Positions 11,901 to 25,800 of a stretch of 64,000 bases of DNA are shown here, piece after piece. Below the pieces are notes generated by a model, which was not told where the DNA came from, made no database searches, and was given only the letters and a program-made list of their open reading frames with translations. This DNA comes from Lingula anatina (Eukaryota > Animalia > Brachiopoda). The first letter of the stretch is position 1; every line of letters starts with the position of its first letter. The DNA lies in the NCBI GenBank assembly GCA_051362555.1, contig CM120642.1:17050001-17114000 (forward strand). The letters run 5' to 3'. Position numbers and translations under genes: made by a program.

Positions 11901-14243
11901 AGTATCAGAGGTTGAGGATATATAGGTAACCAGTACCAAGAATACTCTATGTCACCCTGAGGTTCAAAGTTTTGATGGTGACTCCCTTTTATACGCTGCC
12001 TGCTACCTGTACCTTGTCGATGCGAAGGCAATTTGAAACGCAGTAGAGCACATTCAGAACAGGGGACTAACATATCCGCGGATCAAATATGGTTGACCCA
12101 CTTGAATGCTTGCTGTGTAATCCCCGCAGGGGATCTATTCAGTGTCTAATCGGGAATTAAGCGGCAAGCTTTTTAGTGGGTCGCCATATTTGATCCATGG
12201 ATCTGTTAGTCCGCTGTTCTGAATGCTCTCATACAATTCAACTGTACCGGGCATAGGGATGAATAGGACTTGACTCCGAATCTCGGGGTGTATTGAAAAT
12301 CCTTGTTAAAACTTACCACTCCTGAATTTTTGTATTTCGACCCTCGTTTATCTTTTTTCTTGTGATTTATAACCTGGAATTCGAAGTGAAATAAGAGAAT
12401 TACACTGATTTAGATCTTGGTGTATTTTCTTTCAAAATTGAGTTGGTTTGTTTTTGTTCTCTTATCACAAAAGTTGATATCAAATGAACTGCTCTCAAAT
12501 GACTTCGAACGAAAATAAGTTGAAGAAGCGCAATACAGTATATCCACTATGTGGAAAACCACAGAGCCAAAGCTCTTGTTTTTTAAGATACAAAACAAGG
12601 TAGCATACGTAAGTCGTTCATATGGTAATTGTAGGCCTACATGTGTATGATATTTATTTCTGCATTCATCATCAAGCTTAGAGAACTAAATTTTTTTTAC
12701 GTTCAGATTTATGTTTTTTTGACATTAAAACAAATGAATAAGAAATATTGGAGTAGTGAAAGCCGTTTGATGAAACTATTAGCATAACTCTGAAATGAAA
12801 ACCGCTGCTTTGTCCAAAGTCAGAAAAGTTAAAATTGAGCTGGTTTTTGGCTAACCTCATATTCATTTTGTGGACCCCGTCCTCTTGATAACGCTCTCAG
12901 AGTTGTTGTAAACTCTCCAATCAGATCATGACTGCAATAGAAAAAGTTCACAATTACATACATAACGTATACAACACATACATATACCTGTGCTTTGTAG
13001 CATAGTTTATGCATATAAATATAGATATAAATTTTAAAGGCCTTTGATCTTATTTTTTACAAATTTTATAGTAATTGCATTTTTGCACTGTAAGAAATAA
13101 GGCTGTTCTACCTATAATCTTTTCTGTGTGCAAATAAGGCTGTTTTTTTATTTAGAATTTTTTTTTTATTTTAACAAATTTTAGTTATTGACTGTAAATG
13201 CTTTTATGTGAGAATTCGCTTGTTTTATCTAGAATACTCTCAACTTTTTTTGTCGTTAACACTAAGCTCTGTAATTTTTGACTTATCTATTCCTAATAAT
13301 TGATTTCTTAAGTAATTGTTTTATGATAAGTATAAAGTCTTCTGAACATGTTATAATGGATTTAAGACTCAAAATAAATTTATTATTGGTTTTATTATTA
13401 TATTATCTTTAAACAAGGACCGAGTAGTGCATCCTTGTCTGTCAAAGCGTGCCATCCAGGACATATCCAAATGTGGGATAAAATCTGTTTTTTGTTTAAT
13501 ATGATTGATACAAAAAAAAAAAAAAAAAAAAGAAAAAAAAGAAAAGAAAACAGCAGACGGTGTATATAAAGGGGATGGGGGGGATTTCCGAGTGGGGTTC
13601 GGCCCCCCCAAAATTTGGTATTTAAGAAGGCGAACGGTGCCATTTGGTACGGTGTACAACTATGAATCAGCTAGTCAAAATTCTAATTTCTAGAAAGGAC
13701 CATTGCTGTGATTTTTTCATAAATCGAAGGAAGGGGCGGGGAGGGGGGGGGGGTTAGGATCCTCCTGACACCCCCTAAATTCGCCACTGCCGTGGCGATA
13801 TATGCTTTATTCGGTATTTGGCGGGGTGTATTGAGTAATTTCTTTCTGTACATACGTTAAACAATACATTGCCTTCCTCTCGCAATACATGCCTTTCACA
13901 CCAAGAAGGTCGGGGTGTACTGGCATACGTGTATATCCCTTGGATTGACACTGTGTTCTCTTATACGTAATTGTACAACGCTTGTACTTTTATTATAAAT
14001 GTTAACTAATGTTTACGTCCTGTTACATGGACTACTTACCCTCCATCAAAGTCGTGGTCCCAGCATTCAATTCGTAATTTTCTGAAAGAATTAAAGCCCA
14101 GTTGACAGTCAACACATTTTGAATTCCAAATTCGAATTATAATCTTGAAGGTTTCAGTTTTTACAAAGCATTAGAATTCCGTGAACGACCAATGCTGCAG
14201 ACAATTCCAGTCGACCAACGTTTCTCTTTTGTCAAGATGATAA

Positions 14244-14274
<31 letters not shown>

Positions 14275-16942
14275 AAATACAGCAAGCCTGAGCTCAGTCA
14301 ATTTACTTGCATATTTTGACCTGTGTTGTAAGAATTGTCAAGAAAGAATATAATAAAAGTTATAAAAATAAAATTGCATAAATAAAAATAAGAAATAAAT
14401 AAGCGAATAGATAAAAATATATATTTATTTATTATCTTCGCCTTTAATTTACCTGTCATAATCTCCATTACAGAGAGCTCGAACTTGAAGAACAAACGGC
14501 GCCCAGTCCGGATTCAATGTCTTTTTGATATATTCGGTGGTATGGACAAGTGTATACTTTCTGCAAATGGGAAAAAATACCGCAATCTTTGCACTGGCTT
14601 GGGGTAAAATGAGTCAAATGAAACGTTTTGAGAGGACATTATCATGTAAATTTAGACGAATATAACGTTTGATATTAATTAATTTATATTCGGTTAACAT
14701 AACTTTTAGATAGAATATTCAACTGAAAGAGGTTTTGGGTAATGTGAGAGTAATGTAAACATTGTTATGCTATCTTGCATGCACAAGTAAGGTATTGTTT
14801 AATTAGTTCTTTTATTTTTCATATAAAAACTGGAAATCTTATATTAGTGACAAGATGAAATAAATCTAGTTTTTCTTTTACCCTTCTTCTTCCTGGTTTT
14901 CTTTATATATTTTCAGGAAGGGGTCCGACTTGCCCAGAAAGTCCTTTTTGTCGAGGTTTTCGGCTTGGAAATGTAACTCAACTTCTTCTTTACAACTTGA
15001 CATCTGCTCGGTTACAACTGAAATGAAAGAGATTAATCGAGCTTGATCAGGAATGATTCCTGATATTTTAATTAAAAAAGATAGTATGCTCGTAATGATC
15101 TCTATTAATCCAGAGAAATAAAAATGATACTTCTAACGACGAATCTTAAAGAAAGATGAAGAGATAGAAGTCAGGAAATGTCGCTGAAAAAAGAAAACTG
15201 TTATTCTATCATTTTTATCTATTATTAAAAGGCATAATATACAGCACAAGATGTTTTCGCGCCGTTCACTTACATATGATAGTCCCGCTATTCTTCTTGG
15301 ATCCACTAGGAATATAGAAAGATGGTATTTTCAAACATTTGGACTGTATTGTGTAGGGGATATCATCTCATTAGATAGATGAAAGTATTTTGAATACGCT
15401 ACGACTCATTTACAATACACTGTAGATAATCATGATTTTTCTGTGAAATTTTTAGACCTCGGAAAAGATAATCTTAATTCTTTCTCTCAATTAACAACTT
15501 TCGTCGTCAGAAATATAGGTTTCTGTTTATTGGTTTATCAGTAATTCAAGCTTAGTAGTTTTAAAAGTAATGTATAAAATCGGGATGGAGTGTTTTTGAC
15601 GTAAAAAAAAAAAACTTTTTATGAATAAATTAGAATTAAAGGAATTTTAAAGAAAATTAAGGAAAAAGTTATGCTACATTGTATATCAAAGTCTCGCGAA
15701 GTTTTGTGCCTTTAAGAGACTGCAACACGAACAAAACATTGTGGTATGGAATTACATGTCTCTAAAAATCCTTTACACTGGACGGCGTCCTTTCTGCGTC
15801 CTTTGTGTGACCATGAAACTGGCATCACTGTGATCGTAGAAAGGAGGCGCAAGCATCGCTTTGGTTGCAGACTGAATGCTCCATGATCGGCCAGATGTCA
15901 GTAAGTAAAGCATTATTTTTTTCACTCTCAAACGGGGCCGTACTATACGGAAAGGACGCCATCCAGTGTAAAGGGGGCTTAACTTACAGTATCGGTTTCT
16001 CACACACGCCTGACGTGACCAGTGTACTCAGTGCAGTTTCACAAGAGCCGAGAAAATCCTGCAGAAGACCAATATGTGATATTCAGGATATTGTCGTAAA
16101 GTAAATGTATTACAACTTCACTAACTGCAAGTACTAAATAAATTATAAACAAATAAGTAAAAAGGATAATGAGTTCTTGAGTGCAAGTCTTTAAAGCGAT
16201 CAGTCGACCTTGAAGTCGAGATGGGAATAACTTCACACGCCCACAGGATGAAAAAGGAAGACGATAGGATATAATTTTCAAATTTTTTTCACAATGGCAT
16301 AATTGCTTTCAGAAATGTTTGAAACAGGATGTAATAACGCGGTTATATTTTCACGATTTTCCCAGATCTATTTAGAGAACGAGCTGCGGTACTGGTAGAT
16401 TGGAGAGAATAAAGAAGTTTCACTAGATAGTAGTGCAAGTAATTGACAACGTCGTGAAACTTAAGAAGCATCAAAAATCCTTGAGAAGATGACAATATTA
16501 TAAAATTATTGTAAATATCTATAAATAAAGGAATCCACGTGATAATTATTTTATAAAACAATTAAAGGATAATATTTCAACCAATTTTTATATATGCCAT
16601 TTTGTACAGTATGACACTTACCTGTTTTGAAAGGTCTGCAGATTTGCTGTCTTGGTCGTACCTAAAATATGAAAATAAATATGTAAGAAAACCAATTTAA
16701 AGTTATCTGGTTGACATCAACACGGTTTGTTACAGATTTTGTATCATTATGGTTTTTGGAAGATAAATAGCTTTCAAAGTGCAAGAATTTAAACCACCTA
16801 TGGCAGATTGACTATTGTAAAAGGCTGTGTGGCTTTATACCCCCTCCCCTCCCCCACCCCGATGCAATAGCTCTTTACGAAAAACTAATGACATTGAGAA
16901 CGCTTTGCGCTGCTAGTACTTTTATGCAGCCCAAGATTTTAT

Positions 16943-17027
<85 letters not shown>

Positions 17028-17948
17028 AAGAAAGTCTGTGTGTCTCTGTGTGAAGGAGGGCATCTCCCAACTATGGGTGCCTTTGGCAATGCATACGAGT
17101 AAGTTATCTGGCTTATACTTCAACTGTTCGTAAGAAATACAGGCAACTGCAATTGGGTATAATTAGAAATATATTTTCTCCAGTTTTAAATGGACCGATA
17201 TATATTCATAGCGGCAATAATGCACTGGTACAGATTTAAGATCGCTATGGTGCCTATGTTATATGGTTTATACATGACAGGCTGAGTCGCTAAGATAGAC
17301 TCTTGCAATGAAAACTCACAGTTCAAATCTTAAATGCTGCTTTTGTTCAAAGTAATAATCAATGGTGAATTTCTTGGCAAAGTCTGGATTTAAGCAGTTC
17401 TGGACAACTTCCGTTCTTCCACATGGCGCCTGAAAGAGCAAAAGGACTTGTTATCATAGTGAAAATATATCATTTTTAAAGTTTGAGAATGAGTGTTAAC
17501 TAGGACTGGGTTCCCATATCTAGATCGATCTAACAGGATCGTTCCATCTCTTTTGACTTTTGAATATTTCTCGATGTAGAAATTGTGGAACGCTTCCGTT
17601 AAGATTAAAACACTGATGTGTGGATGTCATCTCAATCGACAGAACACATTACAGTGCAGTCAACAGGATCTATATAAACGGATATATTTAACAGATAAAA
17701 ATGATAGTAAAAATGATCCCTCTTATTTTACTTTTAAATTCTTGTAAGAATGCTTTTTACGAACAATTGTTCTAGGTTTATAGTTCTAATTTTCACCTCT
17801 TATCCATTTTATATATCTTTTTTTACCTTTAACATTTTTTCTATTATTATTATTTTCCTTCTGTGCATCTTATGACCATTAGTAGTTTTTCTTTTAATTG
17901 TGACTTTTTTAATTTGTCTATTGAACATACGTTGGATTTTAGACTATA

Positions 17949-17999
<51 letters not shown>

Positions 18000-19659
18000 C
18001 TCTCTCCACTCTGCGGCACCCAGTTCTTTTATTCGAAGAACACAAACTGGAAAAGAATGAAGCTAGTCTTGTTAAGATGGGACGTTTATATAAGTATATC
18101 AGTTTAATACTGTTTTATTAAATCAGTATTTTGGTATTTGTATGTAGACCCTGGTTTTATATAAAAAGAGGGGTAAGACATCTTTAAGACATCTTTAAGA
18201 TATCATATTAAAGATGTCTTTAATATGTCTTACCCCTATTATTAGTTGCATACTTTTTGAAATACTGAATAAATTTATCACAGAAATATTGTAAAGAAAT
18301 ATGTTTATTACGTGTCACAGTCTATTCGAGTAGTAATATTTCGTAAGTTTTTCATGCATTTAATTATACAGTACCACAAATACTACGTACAGTCTCAGAT
18401 GCAGTTTTGAATAACGACCCCCTTACTATACTACCTGTAGATGTATTAATTCAATTCAAAATGCCTTTTGTTTGCGAACAATTCCTTTTTTTCAAAAGTG
18501 AAAGTAACATTCCACCCACTTGGCAACACTGAAGTGTAGTTAACAAAAAGTACATGTATTAACTCACATGGATCTGACTTGGAGAATACGTCTGCGTCGA
18601 TAATGTTCCTGAAAGAGAACAAAATACATATACCCCTGTAGTTAAGCCGCCAGAAAATGGCGACAAATGTGTGTACTGTGCGCCTGTTATTTTCAAGGGG
18701 CGGGCAATGACACTTGAGTGTATTTGTGAATAGCTTTATCTTACGGTTTCGAAATGAGAATAAACTAGAGTCTTCTACACACAGGTCAGAAGGAGGGGGG
18801 GGGGCGGGGGAGGTGGAGTGTTTTATCCCAAACTAACCCTTCCTTTCCTGAAATCCCGTAACCACCACTGTATAAAAGTCATCTCATCCATGCTTACACA
18901 GCGTTCTTCATACTCTGGGGCACGCGCCTTTGTCACATACAATAGGAGTGTATCTGGGGCTATATATTGACAGTGCCTGATAAGTGACCCTGTAGTGTAT
19001 ATACAGTGTACTGGTATTTGAGGCCACTGGATCTTGGATAACCACAGTCTGTCTTAACTGTGAATGACCCCTACCCTGTGTCTCAAAGTCAAAAGGGGAT
19101 CACGACCATTATTTTTAACAGGTGTCCTCCCACCTATATGGCCCCTTGACTCGAGGCGTGGTTACTTCACTACCCATAACAAGCTCCAAACCGTAGGGAT
19201 GAAGTGACATAATCATACATATACATGTACGTACATACACATATTTACCCTATGCGAACAACTGCGTGCCATGGTCATGTCTAACCTACAGGGGTACATA
19301 TGTCAACATAATCAATTTTTCTTTAAGGTCATCGTACGTGTATCAGCTGCGTCATATGCGGACAAATTCTCTATAACATAGCCACCGTTCCTTATTAGTC
19401 GAGGATATTTTAATTTAAAATACGATGTACCGGTATGTATATTAGAACAGGTAAGAGCGTGTCGCAGTAAGACCAAGAACCGTGTCAATATACTAAAACG
19501 AATCTACCGGTACATGTATATAAGAATTTTACTTAACGTGTCCGTACTAGTACATTTACAAATATCCGTAACCCTAAACGTCCCTTACCTTGCTGATACA
19601 GCTATTTCAACAACTGTTGACGGGGTGCCGCTTTTTTTCCCTGCAGTTAGAGAAGCCAT
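8980..19659 (-). CDS. CPNE: Copine (C2A-C2B-vWA Ca2+-dependent phospholipid-binding protein); 449 aa recovered, 3' end not found
   Basis: 17 exons (minus): 19659-19589, 18608-18568, 18046-18000, 17429-17320, 16661-16622, 16058-15988, 15305-15274, 15017-14882, 14560-14453, 14081-14040, 12931-12856, 12373-12317, 11290-11229, 10961-10809, 10099-10024, 9529-9408, 9082-8980. Motifs: [127 protein letters not shown]. Subtype not assignable by eye. Confidence 0.93.
9711..9967 (+). mobile_element. Palindromic MITE family 1 (GAGACCATTCCCAG...TGGGAACCCAG ends)
   Basis: Internal inverted arms (TTAAGCGGCTTAGATGTC...GACATCTAAGGTGCTTAA). Homologous to copies at 24206-24408, 25920-26183, 31282-31503 and 17503-17550. 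Confidence 0.8.
10185..10420 (-). mobile_element. Terminal fragment of a non-autonomous DNA element with a GCAGTGGCG (hAT-like) end
   Basis: Shares TCAGCTAGTCAAAATTCTAATTTC...poly-G...CGCCACTGC with 13590-13790. Confidence 0.55.
12045..12230. mobile_element. Palindromic MITE family 2 (GAGCACATTCAGAAC...GTTCTGAATGCTCTC)
   Basis: ~60-bp inverted arms (GGACTAACA..TCCGCGGATCAAATATGG..GACCCACT / AGTGGGTC.CCATATTTGATCCATGGATCTGTTAGTCC). Partial copy at ~3471-3552. Confidence 0.8.
13590..13790 (-). mobile_element. Second copy of the hAT-like terminal fragment
   Basis: Similar to 10185-10420; ends TAAATTCGCCACTGC. Confidence 0.55.
15769..15978. mobile_element. MITE family 3 (TIR CCTTTACACTGGA.GGCGTCCTTTC)
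   Basis: Ends CTTTACACTGGACGGCGTCCTTTC / GAAAGGACGCCATCCAGTGTAAAGGGGGC. An inverted copy starts at 63895. Confidence 0.8.
16943..17030. repeat. Compound (AC)n(AG)n microsatellite
   Basis: Seen directly. Confidence 0.9.
17948..17998. repeat. (TAA)n microsatellite abutting a copine splice donor
   Basis: Seen directly; the donor reads GTTATT on the minus strand. Confidence 0.9.
18169..18237. repeat. 69-bp near-perfect inverted repeat (hairpin) with internal AAGACATCTTT subrepeats
   Basis: AGGGGTAAGACATCTTTAAGACATCTTTAAGATATCATATTAAAGATGTCTTTAATATGTCTTACCCCT. Confidence 0.8.
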
Positions 19660-21557
19660 GTTAACTTGCGAAATTTAGAGGGGGCTGCAAATGTAAACAA
19701 ATATGAGGTCAACTTTATCGCCTGCTTGAACAGGTATTTGGGACTGTCACTGACGGAAGCGCTACCTGTACGTCGGTTCACATATTCATGTACCTGGCCA
19801 TTGATTTTAGGTTTTGCTTTCTCTCAGTATCGGATTTTGATGTATAAATGGAGGGTACGTTACGGTACGTAGGTCTCGCACACAGGGACCAAAGGGTGAA
19901 AAGAAGACCCCTCCCCACCCGTCACACTGACCTCCCGTAAACCCGGATCTGGAGGGTGTATCCGGTACTATTATTTCATAGTAGAAAATTTTTGCAATTA
20001 CACCAGCTTCATTTGTGGGATTTCCATGTCACATCCGTTATCTGTGCGTCTCTTGATTACTTACGAAAATAGCTAACCTTGTTTGAGAGAGAGAATTAGA
20101 TCGAACTGCTTGCAATAAGAAAATGATTGTTTATATAAAAATGGTCGACAATCAGTTTTAATGGAATAATAAATTATTTCAATATAATAAGATTTTTACC
20201 CATCTGCATTTTTCATTTTCATTGATAATGCTTTATGTTTGAGGCCACCTTGATTTTTCATTCCTTCATGCTTCTTACAGTATCTATTGGAACTTCTGAC
20301 TGATATAATTTTCTGATATATACACGTACATATATACATGGATACCTTAATGAAATAAATCAAAGGCGTTAATATAAAAAGTATTTCTTTTGTGTCGCTA
20401 TTTGCTGAATTTTGGTAGAAGCTATATCAACAACGACAAATAGACTTATCTGACGAGGGAGATCGTATTATGCCTAATCAAAAAAGTGATGGACAACATA
20501 GGCCTAGTGACAACATCAAAAAGCCCCTACCTTTTTCAGCCATGTCAGTCATGAGCAAAGGAAGCAGTGGATTATGGGGAAATGATAAGTAGCTTTTTTG
20601 AATGACCCCCTGAAAAAACTGAAAAATCTGTCTCATATGTGACGTGGTCAATCTGAAATCCAGTTAGAAATCCCAGCCATGAATGTGACTGCGGTGAAAG
20701 ATTGCTTCTGTTGTCTCACCTAAAGCAATGCATGTCTTGATGCTGTCTCACTGATAAGACTGATATAAAGCAAGTGAACAGGTCTCTTTCGGAGGAAGTA
20801 TTTTGCATCAGAATCGTACCCCAGCTAAAGTTTATTGCATTACTTCTTGAAGATATCATATATAATCGTGTGGAGGCAATTAAAGTGTACATAGTTTTTG
20901 AAACTTTCAAAAAAAGTGTAATACATTTGTACATTGAACATGTGTAAAGCGGACCACTATATCGTCTGTCCGATTTTAAGCTAAATACCCCAGCATTTTC
21001 TGAGGCGTTGAAACAAACATATACTCAGTGTCTTTCAAAGATTTACATTTTTTTTGAGTTTTTGAGGCGGTGAATCAAACTTATCACATTTTGACACCGA
21101 AGGAGATATCATATCTGTTCATACTATTGGAATGTTGATTTTCACACGACCTGGAGGTCGTTAGTGATACGTGTGTTGATACAGAAGCCTGGTTGTTTTA
21201 CATTTTCTTTCGTTCCCGGGGTGGGGGGTGGGTGGGAAGAGGGGGGGGGGGCTGGAAAGGCAAAATACAATTAAGCGGAGTCAACCAAATCTTGTGAATG
21301 TGTTTAGTTTAGGGGGCCGGGGGGTGGGGGGGGGGTGGTGGCGGATTAGGACTGGGGCTTTTAGGTTTGGATAGGTATGTTCTGAACAAAAGCACATACA
21401 CTCAGGGATATGGTTTGACCCATTTTCTTGTAAGAAATAGGACATATCTACCATCGCACAGGACAAACCCGAACCCAACGTTATCACGTTTGTCAAGGGC
21501 AAACAGCGGAGACCCTGCAATCAATGGAATCCAGACCCCCTTGAAGTAGTGAGGCGT

Positions 21558-21782
21558 CGTAGAACACCCCACCCCCATTTTTATAGAAGGGGGGGGGGGG
21601 GTCATTTTGTTTAATTAATTTCCGTAAAAAATAACATTTTGATTCTAATAGTAGGTGGGAAGGTGCTGATTTCATCAATCGTAGAACACTCCACACCCAT
21701 TTTTGTAGAAGGAGGGTTTTGGATCGTTTTGGTTAATCAATTTCCATAAAAATAATAGTTTGATACTAATAGTAGGTGGGAA
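21558..21782. repeat. Diverged tandem duplication (~120-bp unit x2)
   Basis: CGTAGAACAC.CCAC.CCCATTTTT.TAGAAGG...TAATAGTAGGTGGGAA occurs twice. Confidence 0.75.
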
Positions 21783-22824
21783 TGTGGTAATTTGATTAGA
21801 GTATTAACGTCGTTATTCACGTTTTTATTTACATGGAGACCTTTGTTTTATAGTCTTTGTGTAGTATTTTCTGTATCATCTTTCCTACCCAAAATTAAAG
21901 TTAAAGCAATAATAACTCTTCGTTTCGGCCAAAAAATGAATTTTCCTGGAGTAAACAACAATTTTCCCATACTTACCAATGGTTAATGAATCCATTTTTA
22001 CATTCAAAGTTAGTCCCTGGTTTTTTTCTAAAAAGTTTGGTTTTTTGTTAAAATCTCTTAAGAGAATTTAACAGAGTATAGCTATCAATGGAGGTCACGT
22101 GGTCTGAAGACAAGCTCAGATATCAGAATAATAGCTACATGTATAACTGCTGTTTTTGTGGTAAAACAGAATATATTATATTTCTATGAGTTATTCACAA
22201 GGTTTTTATTGTGAAATATACATCTCATACGAAGAGTTATTATCACTTTAACTTGCCTTATCAGTTTAGTCTATTTATAGCCAACTTTGTCAATAAAATA
22301 GCGTGTGTTATTATATGATAACTGAATGGCGGTGCAGAGTAATTTATTTTATGTTTAACGGTCTGAGTGCCTTTAATTTTACGATTCCGAATAATGATGA
22401 AATTATTTTTAGGATTTTATCACTGCGAACGTGAAGAATTATAATATATGTAGTGCCTTCATCTAAATGTTTATCTTCAGTAACATCCAAATTCTAAATT
22501 TTTGGATATGGCGTTTAACTTTCAAAGCATTAATAATGAGCATGCCGGTATCATAACCATCATGGATTATTAGCAAAATGTATGAAGTTCTGTACATTAA
22601 AAAAAAAAAAAATAAAAAAATAAAAAAAACGGAAGAGCTTATGCTTGCATTTGGCTATTGTAATGATGTCTTATTCAACTACAGGATGAATAAAACTGAT
22701 TGCTCATTGAAACCTAAAATTATTATGTTTGGCCTAAGTGAGCTTCTACGTAAACTGTCAAAGTGTCAAGAGTCCAAGACTGTCAACATTTGCAACAGGA
22801 GAAGGTTGAGCGTTCATCATCACC

Positions 22825-25800
22825 ATGGCAACCAAAGCATTGTTTTTATTACTGGCCATCCAGGTAATATTTACCACTGTTTTTTTTAAAACTTTTTGTG
22901 TTTTACCAATTTGCTAGATGTAAGCACTCTTCCTATTGGTCAGGTATGGTTGCAAAGTCTTCTGGATTGTAGAAAACGCATGCATCTTGATGTTGGGTGT
23001 GTTTATATTTAATAAAAATGTCCTTAAAGGCAATTTTTGAAATCATGTGAATGAATTATATGATAATGAAGTTTGGATAAAAGTCATCATATTTGAGAAA
23101 TGTGATTAAAAAACAAGCTTTAGTGCTTTTCATGTATTTTCAAAATGACTGTAATGATTAGAATGATGTTGATGATGGTGATGAAGAGCTTTCTTGTGTC
23201 AATTTTGTGTCCTTAACGCTGATGGTGTATAGTCACCGTTTTTACATGGCCCCCTGCCAACGGAAGAGGAGGCCATCTTTACATCAGTTTCGGACGTTTG
23301 TTTGTTAGTGGACATATTATCCAAAAAACAAAAACAAAAACAAAAAATCTTACAAATTTTGATCAAAAGTTCAGCATTACTCAGAAGTGAAAGAACTGAT
23401 CAAACCTTAATAGAATCAGGCTTTCCTCATATTTCTAAATCATTTCTTTTGCTTGGCAGCGGTTTGCGCTTTTGAAATACTGTATAGTCAGTTAACATGC
23501 ACGTCTCCTTTAAATGACATATTGCATCAAAAAGTACCACTTTGGGCATTCAGGTCCTAGCTGCGACTCATTTTGCCAGTGGTGTCAATGGCCAAGACAG
23601 GATGAAATGGTTCAGGGCAATCCTGGCGAAGGTTGACACTTATTTTAACAGCCAGGGTAAGTGTATCTATCTATTTATTTTGTAACAGCACGTTTTAGGT
23701 TTCTACTGATCTAAGATTTGAACAGCATCCTTTTATTGGCATAAACTGAGCTCGGGCCGGGAAAAATTTGTGATTCCAACAACTTTTTGTCAATGTTTGA
23801 AAATTGGCTTTTCTCGGTCAAAACTGTATGTGCATGTGAGTTATGGACTTGCAGGAATTTTTTAATTAAAACAATTTCAAGTATCATTTATATTAAGTTG
23901 TGATCTTGTCTTCCAGATGCCAATACCCAAAGCACCGTCTCTGTACCTTGTGAGTTTCTGAATGCGTATGCCCTGCCCGGCGGATCAATAGATGTCAAGA
24001 AAGGATCGGTACCCTTTCCGATTTCTATCTATTGTTTCTACAAGCAATAAAACCTTATTGTCCCGCATAAACGCTCGAGAGGAAGGCATAGCATCATCTG
24101 CATAGACATGCTTTTAGTAGTATATTTTAATATTAAAATTAAAATTAGTAGAATGAAATTATTTAAATGCATTGTTTTAGCTAGATGACTGAGAGATGTC
24201 ATAATTGGGTTTCTCGCTAAATTGCTTTCAGCTTAAGTGGCTTAGATGCCTGGGACGCCTACTAAAGCTGCTAAACGATAGTTACCCCCTATCACCTTCA
24301 GTAGGCGTGACAGACGTCTAAGCCGCTTAAATTAACTGCAATTAAGCGAGAAGCCCCTTGGAGATAGTTCGACCCAAAGTTGGTACGATAGTCTCTGGGA
24401 ATGGTCTCTTATTTACATTGTACAACTTCAAATCTCTTTTTTTTTGCAGGTGGACATACGCTGCGAGGTTGGAAAACAACTAAACATCGATTCACCCTCG
24501 ACTAAGTGCACCTATTTAGGCATTAGCCCCAGCAAAAAAAGCAAGCGCAGTGCTCGCAGTAACGAAAGGCAAAAACGAGACGGCAACAACAACCAGTTTA
24601 GCAGCTCCGAGATGAGACAGTTGACTGCACGTTTTGGTTCGAAGCTGCCAAAATGCGTCGGTAGGTCTACTCTTAATTTTGCTGATCAATTTATCATCAA
24701 CAACTGCAATTTAGTGTTATTAATGTTTTATTGCCGCATTTACAAAAGTATCTGCACCAATTAATGCGCAGTGCAAGTAATCACATTTGGATGCTACAGA
24801 GATTGCCAGATTGTACTGATCGCTTAAGCGACACACTTTTAGGGTCTTTAGCCGGTGTAACGAAACTGATGGTCAGTGTAACAGAAAGTTCGCCCTCCTT
24901 TTAGTTATAATGGTCAGGGTTGACCTTAATGGGTGAAAATCTAGGGCGAGGCTTACCTGTATAAATGAATGGCAAGCGGACTCTATCATGGGGGACTCTC
25001 TGTAACGTTACACCGGATCTAAACAAAATGCGCACAAATTTGTTACCTATTAAGACTACATAACTTCTTCAATTTTGGCATTTTAACAGATATCCCAGGT
25101 TACACGGGCTGCTATGAAAACACGTTCGACTTGGACGCCGTACTGAATTATATGAACTTTGCCTACCACCCGTCCTCTGCAGCTGACTGTGTCCAGTTCT
25201 GTGGTAACCATGGGTTTACTCTTGCTGGAGTTTACCAGCACGACGAAGGCAGTGATGAAAAGGACCGGTGTAGATGTGGAACAGGTATGCTTATTTTGTA
25301 ACCTTGTTTCTGGTTATGATAATAATTATAAATCTAAAATTTGAATAGGTTGGGGTAAAGAGTAGAAAAAAAAGATGGGTCGTCATATTAAAAAATTGCT
25401 TAATCATTGATTAAAGTACAATTACTACACAAAAGATGATTAATTTGTAGAACTGGAAATTACAACAGAAATAAGAACTGAAAATTAAGGTTGATTTAGG
25501 TCCGAGATGAGAACATTTGAAATCTTAACAAAAAATATGAGTGGGAATTTTTTTAGCAAAAACATAAGTTTTCAGGTCCATAGTCTTAATTTTAGATTAC
25601 TGGGTAGAAGATAAGGACGATGATCACCTATCGATTTATGTTCTTCATTTCGCCGAGAATTTTTCGGGGTATTCTTAGCCATTTTCAGACCTTTAAATTT
25701 TTTCATTTGAATAATTTTTTAAAATGAAATTGGATTTTTCATTGTCTCTTTTCTTATGGTGGCAGACGAAAATAAAACATCCTTAGATCTCTTTCGAAAC

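Noticed and set aside
3560-17133. Small ORFs with IYIY, THTH, SLSL, poly-K or poly-F runs (e.g. 3560-3850, 7160-7342, 16888-17133)
   Set aside because: Translations of microsatellites and homopolymers.
19700-22800. Short ORFs in the copine-gene B intergenic region
   Set aside because: No domain signatures or coherent exon chain. No tRNA/rRNA/snRNA structure was recognised by eye here or elsewhere in the window.
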